DNA of 64,000 nt from an uncultured Thermotogaceae bacterium (GTDB taxonomy: Bacteria; Thermotogota; Thermotogae; MWEM01). Location of the stretch: positions 19,963 to 83,962 of the forward strand of contig CAYWWY010000007.1 of NCBI GenBank assembly GCA_964462525.1, given 5' to 3'. The position numbers were made by a program, and so were the translations under genes. Of this stretch, positions 48,908-58,121 are shown piece after piece. The notes under the pieces are model-generated. The model had not been told where the DNA came from, did not search any database, and worked only from the letters and a program-made list of their open reading frames with translations. How positions within the stretch are numbered: position 1 is the first letter of the stretch; each line of letters starts with the position of its first letter.

Positions 48908-49891
48908 TTACTTTGCAAAAAAGCCTTCTCCAGGTACCTTCGAAACCGATTGCGGATCGATTTCGTGGAGAATTCTGAAAAAATCCAACACTTCTTCTTC
49001 GATTTCATCAGCACCCATAAACTCATACAAAGAGCGCTCCAGCGAGTTATACAAGACGGGAATCGAAAGGTTTCCCAAGTATTGCGCGCTCACCTCGATC
49101 GCTTGATCGGGTTCTTCGATAAGCCACTGCGCTGAATGCGCAAAAGCCTCTCGCACCAAAGCCGCTTTTTCGGGATGGGTTTCCCAAAAGGACTCTGTAA
49201 CATAGATTCCTGTGATCGGGAGTCTTGGTTCAACATCAAGCGCCTTCCCCCAAAGGTTTTCCAGAGAAAAAACCAGAGATGAACCCTGTACCACATTAAG
49301 AGCCAAAGTCACAAAAGGCTCCGGAAGAAGCGCCCAATTAACGGTTCCTGCGTTCATCAAAGGGACGATTTCTGCAGGAGATAAGTATCGAATCAAAAGT
49401 TCCGTTTCGGGATTGATTCCTTCCTGCTGGAGCAAGAACCGGAAAACCACATCACTGGTTTGTCCTCTTCCTTGAGCCAAGAAGACTTCTTTTCCTTTCA
49501 GATCTTTCATCGCAAATTGTTCCCCATCTGTATCTGATCTTGAAACCATTGAAAAGGTCCTCCATAGGTTGATCCCTAAAAGTCGGACGGGCATACCTTG
49601 GTTATAGAGGTTGGCTCCAATACTTGCTGGGATGATCAATACATCCGCGCGCCCAGTTACAATGGATGATACGACTTCATCAAAGTTTCTCCAAAAGTTG
49701 ATTTCAACAGGGTCTCCTCCGATTTCCGGGTTGTTCAAAAGCCCTGCAATTGCCAAAACACTTGGCCCGATTGGATTGAGAATGCGGACTCCCATCAACA
49801 TTGATGGGAAGAGCGCAACGAGCGCTACCACTAAGATCGTTATCGTTCTTTTCATCGTCATTGAACTCCTTTCTGGGATTGATTTATTCAA
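48908..49891 (-). CDS. ABC substrate-binding protein, NitT/TauT-like
   Basis: Signal peptide, P...ANLYN.G, DLKGK, ALLPEP; true start may be the ATG near 49855. Confidence 0.82.
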   Translation of the reverse strand: MNKSIPERSSMTMKRTITILVVALVALFPSMLMGVRILNPIGPSVLAIAGLLNNPEIGGDPVEINFWRNFDEVVSSIVTGRADVLIIPASIGANLYNQGMPVRLLGINLWRTFSMVSRSDTDGEQFAMKDLKGKEVFLAQGRGQTSDVVFRFLLQQEGINPETELLIRYLSPAEIVPLMNAGTVNWALLPEPFVTLALNVVQGSSLVFSLENLWGKALDVEPRLPITGIYVTESFWETHPEKAALVREAFAHSAQWLIEEPDQAIEVSAQYLGNLSIPVLYNSLERSLYEFMGADEIEEEVLDFFRILHEIDPQSVSKVPGEGFFAK

Positions 49892-50859
49892 GCATCATAA
49901 TCAAAACTATGCATTCGTACACGGCCGCAAATTTCCATTAATTCATCCATATTGAAGGTCGCTATCCATTCCCAAGGCGGGTATAGGATCTTCCCTTTGT
50001 TTTCTCTTACAAACTCTGGATCTGAGATTCCCTCTTTCATGGGAATCATATGCCCGTTTCTGCTGTATGTATTCTGAAGCCGATCATTGAACAGACAATC
50101 CCCCAAAAGCGGTAAAATCGAATCCGGTGCATCCTTTCGAATCCCGATATATGCGGGTATACAGACAGCACCTTCTTCTGGCCAAATTTGTTGAAGACCA
50201 AAACGGTCTCCCATAACAGAAAAGATCGTAGGTACGATCGCAATGGGGTATAATCCGGATTTTGCGAGTTGAAAGGCTTGAGCTGGTACCGTGGAAAAGC
50301 GGACATTCTCAATCAGTTTCTCTACCGCTGTTTTCCCGTAAAGATACCAGTATGCCATTAAAACCGATTTACCCGCTGAAGTATCGATCCCACCCAAAAC
50401 CACTTTCCCTTTCCATCTTTCGGATAAAAGAGATTCCAAAGATTTAGGAACCGCGCGTTCCTCGATAAGGGTTCGGTTGACCACCATTACGAGCGGGATG
50501 ATGTTTGACGGAATCCATTTTCCCGTTGGATGCATGATCGGATGGTCAACATAATCAGGACGTTTTGGAAAGAAATGGTCTATTTGCGCAAAACTCTCGG
50601 ACCGTTTCAGTAGGCACTTTGAATCGTGGAAGATGCTCAAGTCTGTACTCACCAATCCTTCCGGTATTGGCTGTCCCGAACTCAGCTCCTCACGGACCCT
50701 TTTATACAGGGTTTGTTCCCTTCCCAACCCAAAATAGACGAAATGGAAGGAGCAATTGCTATGGGTTCTGTAATGGATGAGGTATCGGTTGTTGTTTTCC
50801 TCCTCCATTTTGCTTAATAGGCAAACATTATTCCAGTACACGGTCTTATTCTGGTTCAC
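49888..50859 (-). CDS. AfuA/PotD-like substrate-binding-fold protein without signal peptide
   Basis: IPLVMVVN......P.S...LL..W.GK, WP.EGA...P; no hydrophobic N-terminus. Confidence 0.72.
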   Translation of the reverse strand: MNQNKTVYWNNVCLLSKMEEENNNRYLIHYRTHSNCSFHFVYFGLGREQTLYKRVREELSSGQPIPEGLVSTDLSIFHDSKCLLKRSESFAQIDHFFPKRPDYVDHPIMHPTGKWIPSNIIPLVMVVNRTLIEERAVPKSLESLLSERWKGKVVLGGIDTSAGKSVLMAYWYLYGKTAVEKLIENVRFSTVPAQAFQLAKSGLYPIAIVPTIFSVMGDRFGLQQIWPEEGAVCIPAYIGIRKDAPDSILPLLGDCLFNDRLQNTYSRNGHMIPMKEGISDPEFVRENKGKILYPPWEWIATFNMDELMEICGRVRMHSFDYDA

Positions 50860-51875
50860 GACACATACTCTCCTCTTCGGAGCCGTTCTTTATATTCATT
50901 CAAAACCAGATCCATTTTTTCAAGTTCATGCAATCGAGCCTTTTCTCCCGCTGAGGTTTTAATAACCTTCCGGATTCCTCCGTGGGCCAGAATCACCCTC
51001 CTGTTCGCCATTAAAGCCAGTATTGGATCATGCGTGGCAATCAATACAATCTTCCCTCTGTTTTCCAGCAATGAGATCGCTTTCCTCCGATTGATCCCAG
51101 CATTTTCAATTTCATCGATTAAAAGAATCGGGGATGTGCTCAAAAAAACGGTGTCAGCAATCATAAGCGCTCGAGATTGTCCTCCGCTGAGGGATGTAAG
51201 GGGAGTATTGGGAAAAACGGGTTCACCCGTTAAGGAGTTGGTGTATTCGATGATCGCGCGCACTTTTTCTTCATATTCTTCTTTATCCCCTTCATGGACC
51301 ATCCGACATTGGGCATGCATTGCAAGAAACTCTTCAACCGTACGGTCCATTACAAAATTCATGTTTTGTGTAAGCTGAGCGACAATTTTGTTGCTAAGAG
51401 AAGAGCGCCAGGAATCCAATGGAGGATTCCCATTGACAAAGATTCGCCGACCGGTAGGGGTATCTCCTTGCGCCAGCCATTCAATATCTGCCAAAAGCCT
51501 GCTCTTGCCTGAGCCTGTCGGGCCCAAAATGCTGATTACTTCGCCCTCGGCCAAGGTACACGATAGGGGTTCAGGGTTCCCGTGTTTATCAGTCCCTCCC
51601 TGGATGGTTAGTGTTTCGATTGAAATGGACTGATGGTCGGAGAGATGATTGATTTGCTCCAAAAAAAGCACCAATCGTTCCTCAAGATCCCTTTTACTGG
51701 TACCAAGATCGTCCAGTTTCGTTGAGTCACTTCGATCTATGTACTCACTGATCGTGAATTCGACCGGTACTTCTGGCAAACCCATCATGGAAAAAAACTC
51801 TGGTAACTGAGGATATCTTTGGATCACCTGCTCAAGTGGTGTGTTTAAAGGCAAATGCTCTAAAGGCACGCTCAT
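50856..51875 (-). CDS. ABC-type ATPase with N-terminal DUF1858-like helical domain
   Basis: GPTGSGKS, LSGGQ, LLIDEIEN, ATHDP. Confidence 0.85.
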   Translation of the reverse strand: MSVPLEHLPLNTPLEQVIQRYPQLPEFFSMMGLPEVPVEFTISEYIDRSDSTKLDDLGTSKRDLEERLVLFLEQINHLSDHQSISIETLTIQGGTDKHGNPEPLSCTLAEGEVISILGPTGSGKSRLLADIEWLAQGDTPTGRRIFVNGNPPLDSWRSSLSNKIVAQLTQNMNFVMDRTVEEFLAMHAQCRMVHEGDKEEYEEKVRAIIEYTNSLTGEPVFPNTPLTSLSGGQSRALMIADTVFLSTSPILLIDEIENAGINRRKAISLLENRGKIVLIATHDPILALMANRRVILAHGGIRKVIKTSAGEKARLHELEKMDLVLNEYKERLRRGEYVS

Positions 51876-52576
51876 GGCTTGCTATCTCCGAAATCCATTT
51901 TTCGTATGCTCCCCATTTGGAACTCATCTCCAATTCTGGTTTCTCCCAAACAATAGGAACACAAAGCAGATGGAACTGAAAACCGCAAGTTGTATCCTTG
52001 AAGGGAGACCAAGTCAATGCTTCTGCTGAACAGTTGAGCGATCGGTTCTACGCCTTGTCCTGTGATTCCTTGGACATGAAAGATTTTGCATCTTGGGTTC
52101 GCTTGAAGAATCTTGAATGCAAAGACCTCTCGCTCGGCTTGGGAAACAACATCCCCTTTAGTAATGATGACAATATCTGCTGATTTGAGCATTGGTCCTA
52201 TCTTAAAGGGGGTGTGAACACCCATAAGGTTATCGATCACGCAAACGGCAGTGACTCCCTGAATGTGAGGAGAACACCGATTGCATAATCCAGCGCTTTC
52301 GCTCACCATCAGATCAAACCCTTGTTGCAATCCCCATCGAATGCATTCTTCAATGTTGCTGACAAAGAAATGATCAGGACAAAGGGTACCAGAAAGACCC
52401 GTCTTGATCGGAATGCCCTCTTTTTCATACATAAGATGATCTTGAGCAGAGAGACAATCCATTTTCACGGCGCCGATATTCATTCCGGTTTTCCTTAAAA
52501 CTCTGGCGGTTTTCAGGATCACGGAAGTCTTCCCCACCGACGGAGGCCCGGATACGGTGACAACCTTCATTTCCAT
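51872..52576 (-). CDS. G3E family (HypB/UreG-like) metallochaperone GTPase
   Basis: GPPSVGKT, LCPDH, ESAGLCNRC, TKGD, CSYC. Confidence 0.87.
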   Translation of the reverse strand: MEMKVVTVSGPPSVGKTSVILKTARVLRKTGMNIGAVKMDCLSAQDHLMYEKEGIPIKTGLSGTLCPDHFFVSNIEECIRWGLQQGFDLMVSESAGLCNRCSPHIQGVTAVCVIDNLMGVHTPFKIGPMLKSADIVIITKGDVVSQAEREVFAFKILQANPRCKIFHVQGITGQGVEPIAQLFSRSIDLVSLQGYNLRFSVPSALCSYCLGETRIGDEFQMGSIRKMDFGDSKP

Positions 52577-52630
52577 TCTTTCCTTTCGATTGATATGGTT
52601 CCATTTGTACTTTCTTTCGTCACTCGCATA

Positions 52631-54574
52631 CTAAGGTTTAGGGAGCCTTTTTCGCGAAATTGCCGCAAAAATGGTCAATGTGGCAATACCTGCGTACACA
52701 ACCAAGAACATCGTTACGCCTGTAAACCCCAATAGAGTGCCCAACGAGAAAACCAAACCGGCAATGAGAAACCCAATAACAATCGGATAAACGGTAGCAA
52801 GGACCGCCCACTTCCACCCAATTTGGGCAGCAATCGTGACGATTGTGGCTAAACAGGGCGGGTATAGAATCATAAACAAAATCATGGCAGCGCCATGCAA
52901 AGGCGTGGCATCAATTCCGTCGTCCATGTCCCGATACAGAACGCCCAAGGTGGCTACAACATTTTCTTTTGCCGCAAATGCGCTGATCAACCCTACATTG
53001 ATTCTCCAATCAAAACCTGCCCATTTCGTGATCGGCTCAACCCACTTTCCAACCGATCCAAGAAAACTACCCATCAGAATTTCCTCGTTCCGATCGTATC
53101 GAATCATCCTTCGTTGAGTCTGGATTTGCCGTATTGCTTGGGACACTTGAAGCGCCTGCGGATCCATCAACCCTTCGTGGGTCGCAACAAGCGATCTTCC
53201 AATCAGATAGAAGACTGATGGTTCGATCATTGTTTTGAGCAACCCGCTTGCCTGGTCCTGAGGCGATAGGGATTGATAGATATTGTTTGCTTCTTGAATA
53301 GATATCCATAACTGATCCCGATTCTGACTGGATAGCCGAATCGTTCCCCCATTAGCGATGAGGTAAAACGAAGGATTTTCTCGAAAGAAATCTTGGTGAA
53401 CGGGGGACAAAAAATCGAGTGTTCGGTCTTGGATTGATGATCGATGCCGGTTGACATATGAAAGGTAAGAGGCAATTTGATCCGGAGTACGGATCAACAA
53501 CAGATAAGGATTATCCAATCCTGCTGCTTGATAGAAATCGTTCAATGCTTCAGTTACGCGAGAATCGATCATCATTTCTTCTGAAGTCCCCAAGGCTGGA
53601 TAATTCAGAAGAAAGAAAAGAACAGCCATCACCACTGCAACAATCGTCACTACTTTTTTTATAAACCCCCACGTGCGTTCGATGACACGAGTCATGACAT
53701 TTTTCACCGAAGGGATATGATAGGGGGGTAATTCCATGATGAATGGAGCGCGTTCTACCTTTCTCAATATGGTTTTGGAAAGCATACTGCTAATGCTCAG
53801 CCCGAGAAAGATGGTTATGGTTGAGATAAGAAACATCATCAGGCCCATCGAACCAGGAAAAAACAACCCGACCATCAAAGTGAAAAATGGGATCTTAGCC
53901 ATGCAATTCATTAGAGGTATGATCAGGATCGTTGCCAATCTTGCGTGCTTGTCTTTAATCGTCCGGGTGGCCATTACTCCGGGAACTGCGCACCCTCCAA
54001 TATAAAGGCCTGAGAGGATCAAAGGCAAAGCTGATTGGCCATGAAGACCAAACGGACGAAAGACCCGATCCAAAATAAAAGCCACACGAGCCATATACCC
54101 CGAGTCTTCCATTACTGCGATAATCAGGAATAAGATCACAAAGATCGGAATATAGACCAAAACAGAAAATACTCCCTGAAACACCCAAGAAAAAAAGGAA
54201 GTAATCACCGGATCCTGAATAAACCCTTCTGCAGGAAGAAAAGATAAAAAACCCGTTTGCACTTGACTCATCAAAGGGGTTAACAAGCCAGAAAGCCGAT
54301 ATCCCTGAACGATCGCCAATTCGTACACCAGGAACAGGGTGAACAGAAGGAAGATTGGGCCTGCGATTCGATTGCATAGAACCGCGTCCAAACGATCAGT
54401 AATCGTCCTTTGACCAGGCTTAATCTCCCGCACGCATCGATCAACGATCAATTGCGCTTGATGGTATCGCGCTTGGGCGATTGTCAGTTGTGAATCTTGG
54501 ATGTCCATTTCCGAATTCTTTCGGATATCCTCCACGATTTTTGAGGGGTGAGGAGAAAGATTATCTTTGGGCAT
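52631..54574 (-). CDS. feoB: Ferrous iron transporter B, membrane part (split gene)
   Basis: EDSGYMAR.AF..DR, GCAVP, FIMELPPY, AKE.VV, LYPPC; own RBS AGAGGAGG before ATG 54574. Confidence 0.85.
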   Translation of the reverse strand: MPKDNLSPHPSKIVEDIRKNSEMDIQDSQLTIAQARYHQAQLIVDRCVREIKPGQRTITDRLDAVLCNRIAGPIFLLFTLFLVYELAIVQGYRLSGLLTPLMSQVQTGFLSFLPAEGFIQDPVITSFFSWVFQGVFSVLVYIPIFVILFLIIAVMEDSGYMARVAFILDRVFRPFGLHGQSALPLILSGLYIGGCAVPGVMATRTIKDKHARLATILIIPLMNCMAKIPFFTLMVGLFFPGSMGLMMFLISTITIFLGLSISSMLSKTILRKVERAPFIMELPPYHIPSVKNVMTRVIERTWGFIKKVVTIVAVVMAVLFFLLNYPALGTSEEMMIDSRVTEALNDFYQAAGLDNPYLLLIRTPDQIASYLSYVNRHRSSIQDRTLDFLSPVHQDFFRENPSFYLIANGGTIRLSSQNRDQLWISIQEANNIYQSLSPQDQASGLLKTMIEPSVFYLIGRSLVATHEGLMDPQALQVSQAIRQIQTQRRMIRYDRNEEILMGSFLGSVGKWVEPITKWAGFDWRINVGLISAFAAKENVVATLGVLYRDMDDGIDATPLHGAAMILFMILYPPCLATIVTIAAQIGWKWAVLATVYPIVIGFLIAGLVFSLGTLLGFTGVTMFLVVYAGIATLTIFAAISRKRLPKP

Positions 54575-55343
54575 GTATCCTCCTCTTCTGTTGAGAACTA
54601 TGGATGAATCTATCGAGATCCGGATCATCTTCCCATATCTTGATCGCCATCCAACGAAGAGGGATAGAAGGAGAGATATCGACTGTCGCAAGTTCTTCTG
54701 TCGTTTTCTGAATGACTGGTTCCAAAATCGGGCCATAATCCAAAGAAAAACCTGGTTTTTTCGTTGGTTTTGCGCAGGAATCTATCATGGTCCGTTTCAA
54801 TTCTTGGAGTCCTTTGCCGCGGTTAGCAACCGTCGCGATGATTTTTATACCGAGCTCTATGGAGAGCTTCTCAACATCTACTTCCATTCCGCGTGCGCGC
54901 GCTACATCCGTCATCGTCAAAGCCATCAGTATCGGTCTTTCCAGCTCAAGCAGTTGAAAGGTCAGATATAGGCTGCGAATCAGATTCGATGCGTCAGCAA
55001 CTTGAACGATCAGATCGATCGGTTGTTTGAGTAGGAAATCTACGGCTACCTTTTCTTCCAACGAATAGGACGTCAAACTATAGGTGCCAGGAAGATCCAC
55101 AATGGTCAGAGGAACGCCAGATACCATGGCAATTCCGCTCCGTTTCTCCACGGTAGCTCCCGGATAGTTCGCAACGAACTGACGAACCCCTGTCAGAGCA
55201 TTGAAGAGGGTGGATTTCCCTACATTGGGTTGCCCAGCAAACGCAACGGTGTACGAATCTGCTATCGATTGATTTTCCGTTGGTTCCTCTTCAGTAGGCA
55301 AACATGATATAGAGCCAGGGCACCCTGAGCATGGATTATTCAT
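54561..55343 (-). CDS. feoB: Ferrous iron transporter B, GTPase part (split gene), Cys-rich N-terminus
   Basis: GQPNVGKS, NYPGATVE, DLPGTYSL; N-terminal CSGCPGSISC. Confidence 0.87.
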   Translation of the reverse strand: MNNPCSGCPGSISCLPTEEEPTENQSIADSYTVAFAGQPNVGKSTLFNALTGVRQFVANYPGATVEKRSGIAMVSGVPLTIVDLPGTYSLTSYSLEEKVAVDFLLKQPIDLIVQVADASNLIRSLYLTFQLLELERPILMALTMTDVARARGMEVDVEKLSIELGIKIIATVANRGKGLQELKRTMIDSCAKPTKKPGFSLDYGPILEPVIQKTTEELATVDISPSIPLRWMAIKIWEDDPDLDRFIHSSQQKRRIHAQR

Positions 55344-55567
55344 TCAATCACCTCAACCATGATCTTCTTTGCTTCTTCATGCCGCAAACTGACAAGTGTC
55401 TGGTGGAGAACCACTTCAATGGGATCAGCAAGAGGGGCATTCCGAACGATTTCCACATGAGCCCCCGGAATGAAACCAAAATCAAGAAGCCGCTTTCCTG
55501 CCATACCGGACGGATCGATCGATACGATGCGGCACCGCATACCGGGTTTTACTTTCTCAAGCTCCAT
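55340..55567 (-). CDS. feoA: FeoA
   Basis: RLLDFGFIPG, APLADPI, SLRHEEA..I.V. Confidence 0.92.
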   Translation of the reverse strand: MELEKVKPGMRCRIVSIDPSGMAGKRLLDFGFIPGAHVEIVRNAPLADPIEVVLHQTLVSLRHEEAKKIMVEVIE

Positions 55568-55863
55568 CTTGTCCTCCCCCTTTTCCCCATGTTCTTTCCA
55601 TGCCGATTGTGAAATCGATGATGTCCTTCTTGGTTGATCTCTTCAACAAAGACTTCGGAAGCCAAATTTTTCTCCAGCACCAAACGACTATGATCCACAG
55701 CGATCAAATATGGGGCATTCCCTTTTCCCGCGATCAAGACTTCCGCGATTGCGCCAAATGATAGCCCCATATCCAAAAGCCTCCGTTTGGTCTCCCCAGA
55801 TCCGGAATGGGTGATAATCCGAACTCTTGTCCTGTCCTTTTCTATTTGATTCAAAGACACCAT
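55549..55863 (-). CDS. feoA: FeoA with His/basic C-terminal tail
   Basis: RRLLDMGL..G, C-terminal GHHRFHNRHGK. Confidence 0.85.
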   Translation of the reverse strand: MVSLNQIEKDRTRVRIITHSGSGETKRRLLDMGLSFGAIAEVLIAGKGNAPYLIAVDHSRLVLEKNLASEVFVEEINQEGHHRFHNRHGKNMGKRGRTRWSLRK

Positions 55864-56042
55864 CTACAATCCCTCCATTGCATTCAATCGACTATGTTGT
55901 GAAAACTAGCTGAGAAGAACCTGCTTTCGCCCAACCGTTTGTTGCTTCATACATCGATGATCGGATCCCCTGCTTCGAGCTTACCATGATCGGCCCTCTG
56001 GGAAAGGGTTTCCATTGCCAGTTCCATATCCATTGATTCCGT

Positions 56043-56636
56043 TCAGTGACAACCGGACTTTCCGTTTGATCCTTTTCGAAAAGCAAGTATTAATAAAGAA
56101 ATGGCAATCAACAAAAGAAGAAACGCGATTGCGATTAACCATCCTTGAATGCGAATCAGTTCTTCTTTGATCGCTCCTTGATCGTGGGCATACAAGGTTT
56201 GGTTGGTCAACCATGAGGGGATTGCTATGGGCGCGCCTTGATCCGAAATGGGGTCTTGAACACTTTGATCCAAGCCTGCAGAGGCAAGATCCATAACAAC
56301 CTTTTCATCTTCTGGATCGGGACCACGGAGTACAGGGCCGGGTCTACGAATGGTATGACCAGGGCCTCCATCAAAGACAACGTCATATTGTCCCACCTCA
56401 GGTATTTCTACTGTAATGGACCCAAATCGGTCAAAAACACCTTCCCATAAGGTGTTCCCTTCCGAGTCTTCCAGTCTGCAAGTCATCCCTGCAGCAGATG
56501 ATCCATCCGAAAACCCCGCTTCAACATAGATCGTCCCGTCTTGGTTATCATCGATAAACATGAGTGGCGTATGGGCCAAAAGCATTGCCGATAGCATTGC
56601 CAAGACACCAACGAAAATATAGCTCTTGATTCTCAT
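56043..56636 (-). CDS. Exported, membrane-anchored hypothetical protein (CbiL/NikL-like pattern)
   Basis: Signal peptide ending AH, FSDGS, DGGPGH, C-terminal TM helix. Confidence 0.65.
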   Translation of the reverse strand: MRIKSYIFVGVLAMLSAMLLAHTPLMFIDDNQDGTIYVEAGFSDGSSAAGMTCRLEDSEGNTLWEGVFDRFGSITVEIPEVGQYDVVFDGGPGHTIRRPGPVLRGPDPEDEKVVMDLASAGLDQSVQDPISDQGAPIAIPSWLTNQTLYAHDQGAIKEELIRIQGWLIAIAFLLLLIAISLLILAFRKGSNGKSGCH

Positions 56637-56751
56637 ACAACCCTTTCCCCCTTTATCTACTCCTTTAAAATTGTTCATTTCCCGAAATCTTCTTTTCGTG
56701 ACGAGGAATCCTACTGCATTCTCTCTATCCTCGTTGAGAAACAAAGTCTAT

Positions 56752-56766
56752 TGAGAATGTTTCTCA
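56752..56766. promoter_or_regulatory. Fur-box-like 7-1-7 inverted repeat
   Basis: TGAGAAT-G-TTTCTCA versus the Fur consensus TGATAAT-n-ATTATCA, upstream of the feo operon. Confidence 0.6.
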
Positions 56767-56909
56767 TTTTCCGTCAAGATTATACCGGAATTTCCTTCGA
56801 AAGTCAAGTATACGAATTGCCTCATAAAAAAAGTACTCGACAAGGGGTGAATCCCTCAATCCTTTCCCTGCAAGAAATCTTCAAATGGGTATTACGCCAT
56901 TTTTCATTG

Positions 56910-58121
56910 TCAGCAGCCATGTCCAGCAATTTCAATCATCTCCTCGATTCTCGCATCAAGTTCATCACCAAGGCCTTTGATGTCCGCTCCCAAAAACCCT
57001 CGTATAAGCATGGAGACAGCTTCGTGCTCTTCCATTCCTCGCGACATAAGGTATTCAACCTGGTCAGGCGAGATCTTTCCAATACTGGCTTCATGACTCA
57101 TTCGCGCATCGGCGTGTCGGGAGCATAATCCCGGAACAGATTCGATGATCCCTTTTCCCCCAGAATCAAGAAGCATTCCCGCGCAATCCACGTGCGCTTT
57201 GCAGGGCGCTGCGCCGATCAATAGTCCTCCTTGATGCATGATCCCTCCAGTACACACACCGCGATGTGATAGTTCGGCGCTCGTATTCTCCGCATTGAGA
57301 TAAACGGTACCGTCTGTTTCAATCTTTGATCCTGGAATTGCTATAATAGCAGTTGTATACTTGGCGGATGCTCCTTTTCCATTCAACCAAGTTTGAGGAT
57401 TACTGACAATATGTTCTGCTGGACTGAAAGAAATATAATTGCTTTCAAACTGCCCTCCCCCCTCCACAATTGTACCGGAGTGAGGATAGACCCTCATTTC
57501 TCCCGACCAAGTATGAACCATGGTACTGACAAGTCGCGCATTCTTGCCAATATAGTGTTCTTCAAGTGCTAAATGGAGCCCGTTGATGACCCGCGGGTGG
57601 TTCAAGCAGCCGCTAATCAATTTCAGCTCTGACCCCTCTTCCAATACGACAATATTATGAACGATTTGCGATATATGGTTTTTTGTCATATACATAGCCG
57701 CTTGGCAAGGCATTTCAACCTTTGCGCCCTGATGCACACGGATAAAAAAACCCAAAGGATTTTTCTCATTGGCGCAATTTGCAACAATATCGTTAAGGTC
57801 CGATGGTATTGCATTAAAAAAATACCGTTCACGAAACCAAGAGTACCGGATCAAAGCATCGGAAATGGGAAGCATCTCAAAACCATCCAACTCGTATAAC
57901 GGACAGATGAGTTGATGATCGCATACCACAATGGTTGCAGCCCGCTTTTCGCTTCCTAATAGAATTCCCGATGCCGCTAGGGCCGCAATCTCAGATTTTT
58001 TAAACCGTTCGTTATCGATTCTTTTGATATGATCATCCTTCTGAGTGACAGAATCCTGCGCGAAATCACGAACACGGGAGCGGTTTTCGTTTGCTTTATT
58101 TTTTTCCTCCACAAATCTCAT
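56910..58121 (-). CDS. SufB/SufD family Fe-S assembly scaffold (SmsB-like)
   Basis: HVDC.G, SHEASIG.I...QVEYLMSRG..E.EA...I.GF; ATG overlaps the sufC stop. Confidence 0.88.
   Translation of the reverse strand: MRFVEEKNKANENRSRVRDFAQDSVTQKDDHIKRIDNERFKKSEIAALAASGILLGSEKRAATIVVCDHQLICPLYELDGFEMLPISDALIRYSWFRERYFFNAIPSDLNDIVANCANEKNPLGFFIRVHQGAKVEMPCQAAMYMTKNHISQIVHNIVVLEEGSELKLISGCLNHPRVINGLHLALEEHYIGKNARLVSTMVHTWSGEMRVYPHSGTIVEGGGQFESNYISFSPAEHIVSNPQTWLNGKGASAKYTTAIIAIPGSKIETDGTVYLNAENTSAELSHRGVCTGGIMHQGGLLIGAAPCKAHVDCAGMLLDSGGKGIIESVPGLCSRHADARMSHEASIGKISPDQVEYLMSRGMEEHEAVSMLIRGFLGADIKGLGDELDARIEEMIEIAGHGC

Noticed and set aside
55892-56086. Short ORFs between the CbiL-like gene and feoA
   Set aside because: No convincing RBS or motif; competing reading frames
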